A DNA stretch of 63,917 bases, counting the filler, from Octopus bimaculoides (taxonomy: Eukaryota), in the NCBI RefSeq assembly GCF_001194135.2. It is 8 parts of 7 records of this genome, joined end to end, with 100 filler letters (N's around TTAATTAATTAA, not from the genome) between each part and the next. Parts side by side here need not be neighbours in the genome. Positions count along the whole stretch, not along the records: positions 1 to 14,073 come from NC_068989.1; positions 14,174 to 36,192 come from NC_068982.1; 6 more parts are not named here. One strand, 5' to 3'. Numbering within the stretch: position 1 is the first letter of the stretch; every line of letters begins with the position of its first letter. This document shows positions 12,820 to 24,870 of the stretch, one piece after another. A program made the position numbers and the translations under genes. Under the pieces are notes generated by a model. That model searched no databases. It was not told the DNA's origin and worked only from the letters and a program-made list of their open reading frames with translations.

Positions 12820-13366
12820 TGCGCGCGATTAGACTCAGAACGTTTGCGAGGAACCCATTGACCCAATTTGCTGACTTTTCCGATGGCACGCTGGTGTCGA
12901 TGAATGGTTGAATGACCAAATCCAAACATTTCCGATGGGATTTTGTTTCACCAGGGTTTGCAGGACGTCCTCGTCGAGCTCTACAGATCTTCCAAGACGA
13001 GGCTCGTCTTCTAGGCTGTAGTTTCCAACTCGTAATTTCTGGAACTACCGTTGACACTGGCTTACCCTTATTGTCCGATCCCCCTATACTCCATTAATAT
13101 TCCACGCACTTTCCGTTGCGTTGTTGCTTTTATTGAACTCATACAACAAAATATGCCGAATATGCTCCTTTGTCACTTCCTTATAGCTTTGAAAAAATAA
13201 CTGTTAACATCGAACTGTACTCTTCAAAACTTGCATGAAGTATAAGGAGATGGTAAAATTACTACCTGCTTTTATAGCAAGTTGATGCAGGTAGTTTATC
13301 CCGTCCCCCTCCGACTTTTAGCTTATGCAATTGAAAAAACCGCATTATCTATGGGATGACCCAATA
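12820..13366 (-). mobile_element. Mariner (Tc1/mariner) 5' fragment with TIR and decayed DNA-binding domain
   Basis: TA+TTGGGTCATCCCATAGATAATGCGG end at 13366; translation EVTKEHIRHILLYEFNK..V*GDRTIRVSQCQR*FQKLRVGNYSLEDEPRLGRSVELDEDVLQTLVKQNP / MFGFGHSTIHRHQRAIGKVSKLGQWVP (mariner WVPHEL motif). Confidence 0.9.
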
Positions 13367-13458
13367 TGTACATGTGTGTGTGCATGTGTGTGTACATACA
13401 TACATACATACATACACACACAGATACACAGGCACAAAGACACAGACACATACACACA

Positions 13459-13496
<38 letters not shown>

Positions 13497-14073
13497 TACA
13501 CACGCACATACATATTTCAATATGTGACCGCGTGTGTATCGTTGGCGATTTTCTTTCTCCGTCTTCCCTTCTTTGGACTTTTTCTATATTTCTGATGATA
13601 AGCTCCGCTCGAAACGTGAAATCCTCTTTCTTTTCTTTCCTTTCCTGAGCGTCCAATAACACAGTACTTGTTCCACGTAGTCGCGTTGTTGTTTTTTCTT
13701 GCTTGGTCTTGTTTGGATTGACTATATATAGATATATATGTATGTATCTATCTATATATATATATATATAATGCGTCTCTGTCTGCATACATATATGGGA
13801 AAAACCATTTGCCCGATATCTTTGCGCACACTCCTCAAGAAGAGTTCTACAGTAACACGGAAATCCGTTCTGTCGCCCCATTGAAAACAACACAACTGTG
13901 AAAATTGTTCTTAATACATTGCTATTTGAAACTATCCCTAGTATAAGTATTAACTTAATAGAAAAAGTAGGCTTACCCAATGCCACTCACAATATAATTA
14001 AATACTACTTATTTTTAAGTGCTTATATATGCAGACGGACACATACACGCATCGTATATATGTATACATATAC

Positions 14074-14173
14074 NNNNNNNNNNNNNNNNNNNNNNNNNNN
14101 NNNNNNNNNNNNNNNNNTTAATTAATTAANNNNNNNNNNNNNNNNNNNNNNNNNNNNNNNNNNNNNNNNNNNN
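14074..14173. other. Assembly gap spacer 44N-TTAATTAATTAA-44N (also at 36237, 42311, 46765, 54469, 60232, 62797)
   Basis: Identical 12-mer centred in 100-bp gaps; gives stop codons in all six frames. Confidence 0.95.
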
Positions 14174-14252
<79 letters not shown>

Positions 14253-14450
14253 GGTAGCGAGCTGGCAGAATCGTTAGCATGTTAGATAAATGCTTAACCG
14301 TGTTTCTTCCGGTTCTTTACGCTCTGAGTTCAAATTTGCCTTTTATCCTTTGGGATGAAATAAGCACTGGTTGAGTACTAAGGTCGATGTAATCGATTAT
14401 TCCCCTTCCCCAAAATTTCAGGACTTATGCATATAGTAGAAAGGATTATT
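14174..14450 (+). mobile_element. (ATT)n tract followed by SINE family B copy
   Basis: About 26 ATT units directly abut AAGGTAGCGAGCTGGCAGAATCGTTAGC. Confidence 0.85.
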
Positions 14451-14842
14451 ATTGTTATTATTATTATTGTCCCTTTATTGGAAACATGGAGCCATACATT
14501 TGTACGATTATAATGTTTTACATGGGATTTGCGAAAATCAGATTGGAATAGTCGAGACAAAGTTGTATAAAAGAAGAGGAAGGAATGAGGATACTGTGCA
14601 ATAAACGTCAAAACTATGATATAAATTTAAATCAGGAAAGATATGAGACGACATGAAACATACAATAATTAAAACGAAATATATCATTTAGATATAAAAC
14701 AGGAGACTGAACACCACAAACAAGGAAACAACAGCAGAACTAGAAGCAGCATAAGTTTGCCGGTCATAAGCTAGCTCCATTATTGTGAAATATAAGATTT
14801 ACTGTGCCAGAATTTGGTTAATTATGAGATTAATAAATAAAA

Positions 14843-14912
<70 letters not shown>

Positions 14913-15000
14913 GGACGGACGGACGGACGGACGGACGGACGGACGGACGGACGGACGGACGGACGGACGGATGGATGGATGGATGGATGGATGGATGGAT
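14843..15000. repeat. Compound tetranucleotide microsatellite (GATA)n-(GACA)n-(GACG)n-(GATG)n
   Basis: Directly visible. Confidence 0.95.
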
Positions 15001-15393
15001 TATTTGTCTACAATTTGATGTGCTGAAACAAGCATGTACAATTAAATAACGATAAGTGATAAAGAAAAAAGAATCAGGCACATTTCTGTTTCGTGAAAAG
15101 GAACGCCGGGAAATACTGAAAGGCAGTAAAAGTGATGGAATACAACTTAAAATATAAAGTAAAATATCACAAAATTTATATAAAGCCTGTAAAACATTGT
15201 AAATGTTAGAAACGTTAAATAACGAATATAATACATTTGAATAATACATTAAAAAAGATTAGAAAAATACATCAAAATAAAGATATTGAAAAAATGTTGG
15301 AGTTTCTTTTGTTTTCCAATCTACATCTAGGATTTGGTGACGTCTGTTTGGTTGTAATTTTAGGCATCTAAATGAATTGTAAGGATTAGAATG

Positions 15394-15433
<40 letters not shown>

Positions 15434-15582
15434 CATATACATATATACATGTGTGTTTGTGTGTGTGCACGCAAACACATGCATTCTATCACCCTCAAAC
15501 ACACGCATAATAATAAGCACTCTCCTGTCTTTAAAAACTCTTCGGGTTAGTCAGAGATGGAACAGGTGTTTTTTTTACTCCC

Positions 15583-15647
<65 letters not shown>

Positions 15648-17680
15648 TTTCTTTCTTCCGTGGACTTTCCTCTGTATATCTCATGAAGGACTTCCAAAGC
15701 GTTATAATTTTACTCTACAACTTTAATTTTATAACTTTTTGTCTTTCTTTCAGCGTCAACCGAATAATATTAACTGAGAACATCTCTTGGGATTCTGTTG
15801 TTTTTCGTATTTGGGTTTTTCTTCCGTTGTTGACCTGCTATTTGTATGTATCATGGCGTCTCAGAAAAAAACATGCCCTCATTTTTTTTTATAATCTATA
15901 CATTTATTAATATAACACCTAAAATAATTTGTATATTTGTTTCGTGAATTATCATTTACTGTCGTTTAAAAAAGTAATCAATTACCCCTAGTTTCTGTTT
16001 TAACCATTGCATAATTCTAAACTGGAGTATTTGGGATGTTTTTCTTTCCTTTTTCATTACAGGCATATAATGCTTAATATATTTTTGCTGTTTAGTGATA
16101 GAGTGGATTAATTTGAGCTAATTTTATTTCTATATTTTTCTATATACAGTATTCAAACTATACTTTCATTGATCAAATTATAGGAAAGTATTGGCATTGA
16201 TGACAAGATTTTGTGGTTCAGCATGACATAGCAGGAATAGAGATCATTGTGAGAAAGTGGATTGGCCTATGATGAGTTCATAACATCACTTTTATAGAAC
16301 GGAACAGGGTGTCGAATATGGAATAATGATAACTATTATATTTGGTGTACCATCTTTATTGTCATTATCTGAAGTCTTTCATTGCAGTTTTGCACCAATT
16401 TGCTTACATTTTACTATGCGAGAACACAATAATTTAGAAGTTCACGGGGGTGATATATTGGGTTATTAATACATTAACAAGAAATAATATTCTATATGTT
16501 TTTATAGCTAAGCTAGCTTTCGAAACTTTAGGTTGAGTGGATTAACACGCTGAGTCCACATAAATGCTCTCATCTATTTGGGAAAGGATCTAAGAAAAGA
16601 TAATATATAGTATTGCCTTTTATTCCTTCTAAATTGATGGAATGGTTAATGCTTATTTTACTTCCTTGTCACGTTCATATTAACATCATTATTGTAATCA
16701 TAATAATCATTATCACAAACACCGCTACCAATTTATAGCCCAGAGATCCCCAGAAGCATCGGTAGTAGATTTCAATAAAATGAAGGCATGCTGTTAAATT
16801 CAGAACTGCGAACTTTCAGCATATCCAAACATTCAGAAACCAGTTATATAACTACTTAATAAAATACGATCTAATTCAAAAGTGGTACTCCAGAAAAGCT
16901 AAGGTATCGTCCAGTGAAGATCGTATACCGCAAGCCGACCTTTACTGGACGATACCTTAACTTCAATTCCCACCATCCATACAATGTAAAGAGAGGGATT
17001 GCTCAGTGCCTAAAACATCGAGCAAAGAATATAAGCAGCGATCGTGATACCCACCACGAAGAAATAACCAAGCTCAGTAACAATCTATTAAGTAACAGCT
17101 ACCCCAAAAACATACTATCTACTCCAATTATGAAGAAAAGAGAGGATGAAACCAATAAACTGTCTACAATTTGTATGCCCTATGTGAAAGGCCTCTCCGA
17201 AAAGATTCAAAAGATATGCGGCCCATATGACATCAGGACAGTATTCAAGAGTAATACAACACTTCGCAAATATCTCCTTCGGGTAAAACCACCAATAGAA
17301 GAGAATATGACCAAAAATTGCGTGTACTCCATTCCATGCAGCTGTGGTAGGTTATACAAAGGCGAAACATGTCGCCCCCTCAAAATAAGGGTAGAGGAAC
17401 ATCGCAAAGCTGTAGCACGAGGAGATATTGATAAATCGGGTATAGCTGATCATGTATGGAAAAATGGAGACCACCTCCCCCTGTGGGATGAAGTTAAAAT
17501 AATAGACAGAGAATACCACTGGAAAATACGAAAACTAAAAGAAACAGCACATATGCTAGAACACAACAACCTCCTAAGCAGACCGAGTTCAGATATGAAT
17601 AGCATATGGGAACCGGTATTAAGGAAGGATAGGAAAATATTAGATTTATAAAAACTAAAATTCACTCTATAATTGCCCAC

Positions 17681-17753
17681 GGGCATCTTGCGTCGTGGTT
17701 AATAGCGTGGGCTACTAACCCCAAGATTTCGAGTTCGATTCCAGGCAGTGACC
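17681..17753 (+). promoter_or_regulatory. tRNA-like (Pol III A/B box) module inside the Penelope-like 3' region
   Basis: TGCGTCGTGGTT (A-box-like), anticodon-like arm TGGG-CTACTAAC-CCCA, B box GAGTTCGATTCC; acceptor stem degenerate, so not a functional tRNA. Confidence 0.65.
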
Positions 17754-17825
17754 TGAATAATAATAATAATAATAATAATATCGAAAAATACCTTAGGAAT
17801 GAGAACCCAGATTCAGAATTTCCCC

Positions 17826-17875
17826 AAGACACCCGATGAAGGCTGGAGGGTATATCAGCCAAAACGTTGTGTTAA
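17826..17875 (+). ncRNA. Minimal type I hammerhead ribozyme fold (two core substitutions in this copy)
   Basis: Stem I GACAC/GTGTT; core CcGATGA (CUGAUGA with U>C); stem II GGCTG/CAGCC; aAAAC (GAAAC with G>A); palindromic helix III AACGTT; cleavage triplet GTT. Confidence 0.75.
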
Positions 17876-18976
17876 CAACAAACAAGATGAGGACAAATAT
17901 CCGTCAAATGTAAATAATGTACATAATTCCTCATCTCTTAAATATAGAACTGCATTACCCTGATAGATGTTATCAATAAAAATGATTCCAATTGTGGCCC
18001 AGTAGTCATAATAGATATTACACAGTATTTGTTCATGGTTTCAGATAAAATAAGCAGATTCAGTCCTTTATAACGTTTCTCTTTACAGCCGATCTCCTGA
18101 TTTCCGATTTTGACAAAATATACCATTTTTAGTTTATGGAGAAACGGTTAGTTGATTACATTAACTCCAATACTTGACTAGTACTATATCTTATCGACCC
18201 CGGAAGGATGAACGGTAAAGTTGGCCTTGGCGGTATTTGAACTCATTATTAGGACAAAAATAATTGCTTTGTTGGGGAGTCACTGTACTCATTAAAACTA
18301 AAGGACCTATACTAATCATTTTCAGTCCAGATGTATTTATCTCCATTTTGTTGTCTTTGACGCAAATCATATTTTCATTTTGTCTTCTTTACAGCAGCTT
18401 CTGTAGTGTTACTTTGGTAACAAGATTAAGCTACGCCAGCAATTTTCAGATACTCAATCATTGGACAGCATTTGTATGAAGTGCACATATATGTGTGTGT
18501 GTGCTTTGACGAAATATTTTGATCTGAATCAAACAGTTACACCATAGTAGAGTCATTGTAGCCTTAAAAATACAGATACGCACTGTTATATTCATTTTTA
18601 TTATTTTACAATAATTTATGTATGAAAGTAAAGCATCAGTTAGGAGGTCACAGGCGCACAACGAAAGAGTTTTATATTTAATATTATATATTATCAAAAA
18701 TTACTTTTGATGTAAAAGTGAATATGACAGTGTGTGTGTGTGTGTGAGGGGTTGTTTTAATGTTTGTAATGATAAAAACTTACTGCTATATATTAATATC
18801 TATAAACATTTACTGAAGATAATGTAACTTATTTAAATATATTTACCGTTGCTTGCGTTGAAATTATCTTTTTGCATGTTAAACATGTACTTTTTTGTTA
18901 TTTTTGTTTAAAATATATCTATTGGTAGCATGAAATAAACAGCTTTTTCTGATTGCTGTTTTGCTGTAAATTATAC

Positions 18977-19530
18977 GGATCTTTTTTTAAAACGGGGGCC
19001 ACGTTTTTCATTAACGAAACACTTTGAAACTTGGAACACTGGTAGAATGTGTCATATAAAACATCTTTTTCTCTTAGTCTTCTTTAAAAAAAAAGAAATC
19101 CCTAAGTTATTCCATGTTAAAGTTGTTGTATTTCTGTAATTTCAACCAATCACTGACGTCCATTCAGCCGATATACATTAAGTGCCGACTACATAAACAA
19201 ACGATTCTGAAACAATTCTATCGGTGATAGGGTTAGGGTTAGGGTTAGGGTTAGGGTAAAACAGCAAATTTAAAAAGAAAAAAGCAAATAAAACGAAGCT
19301 ATGGCTTAATCACCCAAAGGAGTAAATGTAAACAACTGAATACTTGTCAGTGATTGGTTGAAATTATCGAAATAAGACAATTTTTTACATGAAATAAATT
19401 CGAATACAAAAATATTTTTCTGTTCTATAACACAAAATAGATAAGTATACGAAGTTTGAAAGTCTTTCGGTACCAAAAACACTACGTAAAACATTAATGA
19501 AAAATGTGGCCCCCGTTTTAAAAAAGATCC
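18977..19530. mobile_element. 554-bp non-autonomous DNA transposon (MITE) with 8-bp TSD and internal (TTAGGG)4
   Basis: TSD AATTATAC at 18969-18976 and 19531-19538; about 40-bp TIRs starting GGATCTTTTTT; internal inverted repeat AATTTCAACCAATCACTGAC near 19140 and 19350; TTAGGG x4 at 19233-19256. Confidence 0.9.
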
Positions 19531-20469
19531 AATTATACAAATCAGCTTCATAAAAAGAAAAATGCATAGTTTTACGTCAGGTTTTTTACTTGATTTCATT
19601 ATTTTTGATAAAACAATGATTTCATTTTGTTTAATCAGTAATTACTGTTACTATAACCGTAATACAAGTTTTATAAACTTTATATACGGTTTCAGTTGAA
19701 AAATTAAAAATCCAACTGTCAGTGTAAGAATAAACATCGTTTCCGGAACAGATTTAATATAAAACAATTCTTTAGAATTTACAGAAGGCTGAAAATAATG
19801 AAAATAATGGTCAGGATACCTAAACTGTATTGTAGAAAAATGTTATGAATAAAACAAGACTATGTATAATGAAAAGATAACATCACGAAATACATTGACA
19901 CTTTGCTTTGTATTAACATTTTCAAGATAAGAGTGTCAAAAAAATACATACCTTATTCTACAGCTTGATAAAAACGTTGGTGATTTTTGTTTTTCCTTAA
20001 AGACAAATTGCTTTTTTTTTTAAAAAAAAAACTTTGTTCGTACATTATTTCTTTCAACCAAAAGAAAAAGAATTGAAAAATATTTGAAAAATGACTTCAG
20101 CTATTTTGTTGTATTATTTTCGTAACATTCTTTTTATTTTACTGCTTAATTTCATTATCTATTTTTAAATTATTCCTCTGTGAAGTAGATGTTAACGCTT
20201 TGAAGAAGAAAATTCAAGACAACGATTCAACCATAAGTGACAAGAAAATTGTTTCGATAGCTGTTACGCAAAATTTCCTTGAAGACTAATGTTATTGTTT
20301 TCAAGTTCAAGGTGGAATGCTTTCCCCTTATCCAAAGAGCTGTTTTTCTTTCTTTTTTTTTCTCCTCCCTCTAACACCATGTTAGAGGGATAATTCTAGT
20401 TATTACTTAAAAAGAATGTGAAAATCCCTTTTCGATGTTTATCTAATTGTCAATAGTTTCACCTGCTGG

Positions 20470-22300
20470 TACTTATTTTATCGACCCTCAAGGATGAAAG
20501 ATAAAATCGACCTCGAAGGAATTTGAACTCAGAACGTTTTAAAAGATACCGTTCAACATTTTACGAAATACCGCTCAACATTTTGTCCGGCATGCTAAAG
20601 ATTCTGCTAGCTTGCCACCTAACACTGGTTTCAAATTTTGGCACAAAGCCAGTAATTTTAAGAAAACAAGCTAGTCGGTTACATCGATCCCAGTGCTCAA
20701 TTGGTAATTATTTTATCGACCCTAAATGGACGAAAGGCAAAGTTAATATCAACGGAACTTGAACTCAGACCGTAACGACAAACGAAATGCCGCTAAGTAT
20801 TTTGTTTGGTGTGCTAATGATTCAGCTAACTTGTCACCTTATTAATTAAAAACAATTATGATAATTATTTAGAACGTGGTGAGCAGGCGAAATTGTTAGC
20901 ACGCCGGGCAAAATGCTTAGCGGCATTACTTACGTTTTCACGTTCTGAGTTCAAATTCCGCTGCGGTCAACCTTACCTTTCATTCTTTCGGGTCGATAAA
21001 ATAAGTATCAGTGAAGAACATGTGGCGATCTAATGGTCCATACCAATCCCACAAATTTCTGGTTATTCATAATTATTATCTAACATGGTTGATATAATCG
21101 ACTTAACTTCGCCCCGAAANNNNNNNNNNCGAGCTGGCAGAAACGTTAGCACGCCGGGCAAAATGCTTAGCTGTATTTCGTTTGTCGCTACGTTCTGAGT
21201 TCAAACTCCGCCGAGGTCGACTTTGCCTTTCATCCCTTCGGGGTCGATAAATTAAGTACCAACTTCGTACTGAGGTCGATCTAATCGACTGGCCCCCTCC
21301 CCACAAATTTCAGGCATTGTACCTAGAGTAGAAAAGAATCGTTAGCTCGCAAGAGAAAATGCTCTTCCGGCTCTTTACGTTTCTGAGTTCAAATTTCGCT
21401 GAGGTCGATATTTGCCTTTCATCCTTTCGGAGTCGATTAAAATAGGTACGGGTTGAGCACTGGGGTTGATGTAATCGACTAATCCCCTCCCCATAAAATT
21501 TCAGGCCTTGAGCCTATGGTAGAAAGGATTCTTTTATAGCGGTGGAAAAGAGTAGAGTGTCAGACAAAACATACCTTACAGTATTTATTTACGGCTCCTT
21601 AAATTCTGAGTTCAACGGTGATCTCAGCGAGATCAACATTACCTTCCATCCTTTCAAGATCAATAAAATAAGTATCAGTGAAGAACATGTGGCGATCTAA
21701 TGGTCCATACCAATCCCACAAATTTCTGGTTATTCATAATTATTATCTAAGATGGTTGACTGGCAACATCGTGAAAATGTCAGACAACATACCTTTCGGT
21801 ATTCAATCATACTCTTCGCCGTTTTGATTAATTCCTGCCGCGGAAGACTCTGCCTTTCATCGCTCCAGAGTCAAATAAAATAAGTACCAATCAAATACTG
21901 ATGTTGACTTCCCCTGATTTCTGGCCTTGTGCTTATTTTAGGAACAATTATTATGGCTATTATTTCTAAGGCGTTATATTAACGGAGTTGTTATCGTCTC
22001 AAGAAAAGTGCTTAGCGGCATTTCTTCTGGCTATTTTCGATTTGATTCCAATCCTGCCAAGGTCGACTTTGACCTTCATCCTTTCAGGATTGATGAAATA
22101 AAGTGCCATCGATTCTCCCCTCTTCTCAAAATTGTTGGCCTGGTTAGAAAATTTGAAACTGTTACAATTATTATTTCTAAGACAGCGAGATGGCCGAATC
22201 GTTAACGTATCGGGATAAATGCTTAGAAGCATTTCTTCCGACCCTTAACGTTCCGAGTTTAAATTCCACCGAGGTCGACTTCACCTTTCATCCTTTCAAG
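20470..22300. mobile_element. Dense cluster of about 8 SINE family B copies on both strands
   Basis: Repeated family B head, B box and GGGGTCGAT core words. Confidence 0.8.
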
Positions 22301-22913
22301 TAATACGGCGGAAAGAAATGCTTCTAGGGAATGTTTTGCATGCTTAATGCACAAAATATAGAGTCTGATATAACTGACATATATAAGAAGCTGAAAAACA
22401 TCGATTAACTGAGATTACTCTAAAATTAGTGAACAAAATGACCTTTATAAAATAAAAAAACAAAAAGCATGTGAGATAACTCCAATAATATCGGCCAACC
22501 GACGTTTTTGAAAATATAGACAATGTAATTGAGTGAATCGTGTCTCTAAAGCTGAGTGGTGAAAACAACAGACGTTTCGATTTTATTGTGCTTCTTTAAT
22601 GAAGTGTATTCTTTTTAGCCTAAGTAGTGATTAGCACACACACACATTTATATATACATACACGCATATATCTTTTTGGAACGGTGCAGTCAACAATGTG
22701 TGTCTGTGTGTGTTTTCCTGCTCTCTTTTTTTTTTTTTTTTAGAGCTAATTTTGATTGACCACCTTCTTGGTAGCAAGGTTGTGAAGGAAAGCATCTTGT
22801 TTTCTTCATCATCCTTTAAATTTTAAGAGTCTTGCAGATTTTAATTGTCCCAGATATCATGATCATTTGTAATGATGTATGTATGTATGTATGTATGTTT
22901 GTATGTATGTGTG

Positions 22914-22944
<31 letters not shown>

Positions 22945-23288
22945 GAGAAACTTGTGACACTGACTATATCACAGAGCTGATGAAAAGAGCGCTATAATTC
23001 ACTGTGTATGTCATTCTTTCAGACTATAAGGTTTAATTTGAAGGAGAATTCGTTGCTATCTCTCGCATACAAAGACTACCTCGTTGCTTCTTTGAAATTT
23101 TGACCAGACTTAGAATCAAGTCGTTCCAACTTTATCGACCCCACCGCGTTTTTCACTGTTTATACCTAATGTGACCTTTCCTTTCATTTTAAAGCGGGGC
23201 CGTGTGTTATTTGAGGAAGGTTTATCTGCTATTTCTTGCAAGGTGAGAGACCACTTAGCTGTAGCTTTGTTGGTTCGTCAACACTTAC

Positions 23289-23329
23289 CTCTATCGTCGC
23301 TTTAAGGTTAATAGAAGAAATGGATTTCA
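23289..23329 (-). other. Candidate 41-nt micro-exon (xKSISSINLKATIE) or non-coding exon end
   Basis: Acceptor ATTATTCTCTTCAG, donor GAG|GTAAGT; only the phase 1 to 0 frame is open. Confidence 0.3.
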
Positions 23330-24870
23330 CTGAAGAGAATAATTTAGTAATGATGGATAGTTTACTGGAATGAACGTTTCTTTATTTTTCCATTGAATTT
23401 CTCCTTGCGGAATTGAATGCTGGCAAGCAATAATTCCTCTCCATGCCTCTCTTTCTTTCCTTCTTTCTTCCTTTCTTTGCCATTCAAATATTTAGTCGCT
23501 TTGTGTTTACTTCCACGAATTTTAACCACTTCTCCGAGAAAGTTAATGATAATTTTATCAATGTATTGAATAGTTACCGGCCTCTTATTTTGGGTTGTTT
23601 ACAAAGCACTTGCAAGAAACGTAAGGAATGGTGGTTGGGTGTGGGGAGTAATCAAGTTCTTAATGTATTTGTTTTTATTTTTACTTTCATTTTTGTCCTA
23701 CATCTTTCTTCGATCCTCTTTTTGTTCATTTTGCTGTTTTCGTGGTTAACATATCTCTCTCAACATCACCATCAACAGCAGCAGAAGCAGCAGCAACACA
23801 TTCGTTATCATTATCATCATTTTCTTCGTCACCAAAATCTTAGTTGCACCAACACACACAAAGAAAATGCAATTAAATTTTTTGAAACATGCAATCAAGA
23901 CGTTTTTTGCTAAACGTTTCCAAGAACACCAAAATTATTTGCACGTCTTCGAACAGAACACATAGAATAATGTAGTGTTAGATAATGTAGTCTTCTATAC
24001 TCTGCACACAGGGAACTAACAGGATAGTCACGGCTGGAGTACTCTTGATCAGAAGTCTGTTCAATGATTTATTTTATGTTGTCGTTGTAAGGTGACGGCT
24101 TGAAGAACCGTTAGCATGCCGGATTGACAAAATAAGTACCAGATGAACACTGGAGTCGATGTGATCGACTAGCCCTTCCCCTCAAATTTCGGCCCCAGTG
24201 CGAAGATTTTATGTATGTACTTAAATGAGGAAGTTAACATTACGGGGCCGTAACGACTTGAAGCGTTTACAATATTAAAAATTTTTTTTTAACAAACCTG
24301 TCATCAGAAAAGAACTTACACAACGTATCAAAAACAATTGTTTGTAAGCAGAAAGGGAAATACGAAGACCGTCTTTGTAAAAATTTATTCTAGGTTAGTT
24401 ACCTTTCATAACTGATCAATTGTCCTTCAGCTGCGTCAATACTGAATCTGTATGCCCTCATTTCTTTTACTAACACACTCAGTTTATTAATATGTCAATT
24501 GATTTTGTTTCCCTATATAAACCACATCTTTAGTACTGTGTAAATGAAAGATAACAGGTTATTCAAATTATAATCAGGTGAACGACTAGGATTTAACGCA
24601 TTAGCGCACGTCATTGGTTTATACAAAACTGGCAAACATTCTACTAAATTTTCATTTATGTTTTCTAGTCTTCATTTTAATCCAGCTGATTCATTGCTCG
24701 AAATTTACTGAAGTGCAATAGTTTATAGTTGTGGTGTTTCGTTATAAAAATGCTGAGTTTGAACTAATCACAACTGTTACAAATAAACACAGTTACAGCA
24801 GCAATGTTTGGAAAGTAGTTAAAACCTAGATAAAGTCTCGTGAATTCAGTTTGTTTAAGCATCACCATCA

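Larger units (their letters stand above)
16905..17952 (+). mobile_element. 5'-truncated Penelope-like retroelement (RT thumb + GIY-YIG endonuclease + 3' terminal region)
   Basis: ORF 16914..17651 (245 aa): VYRKPTFTGRYLNFNSHHP (PLE RT C-terminus), LPY-like MPYVKGLSEKI, CVYSIPCSCGRLYKGETCRPLKIRVEEH (GIY-YIG), then HVW...KLKETAHM...LLSR. Confidence 0.92.

Noticed and set aside
12812-13057. 81-aa ORF as a host exon
   Set aside because: It is an off-frame translation of the mariner remnant.
13345-13986. 213-aa ORF or exon 13540-13720 as part of the host gene
   Set aside because: Purine-rich so all three frames stay open for long stretches; includes microsatellites; acceptor and donor are weak. 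Not excluded, but unsupported.
14118-14129. Recurrent TTAATTAATTAA motif (7 copies)
   Set aside because: Always centred in 44N+12+44N gaps; an assembly spacer, not biology.
19233-19256. Telomere or chromosome fusion site
   Set aside because: Only four units, inside a TIR/TSD-bounded element.
23443-23913. 156-aa plus-strand ORF
   Set aside because: Low-complexity hydrophobic and poly-Q/H composition typical of antisense UTR or intron sequence.
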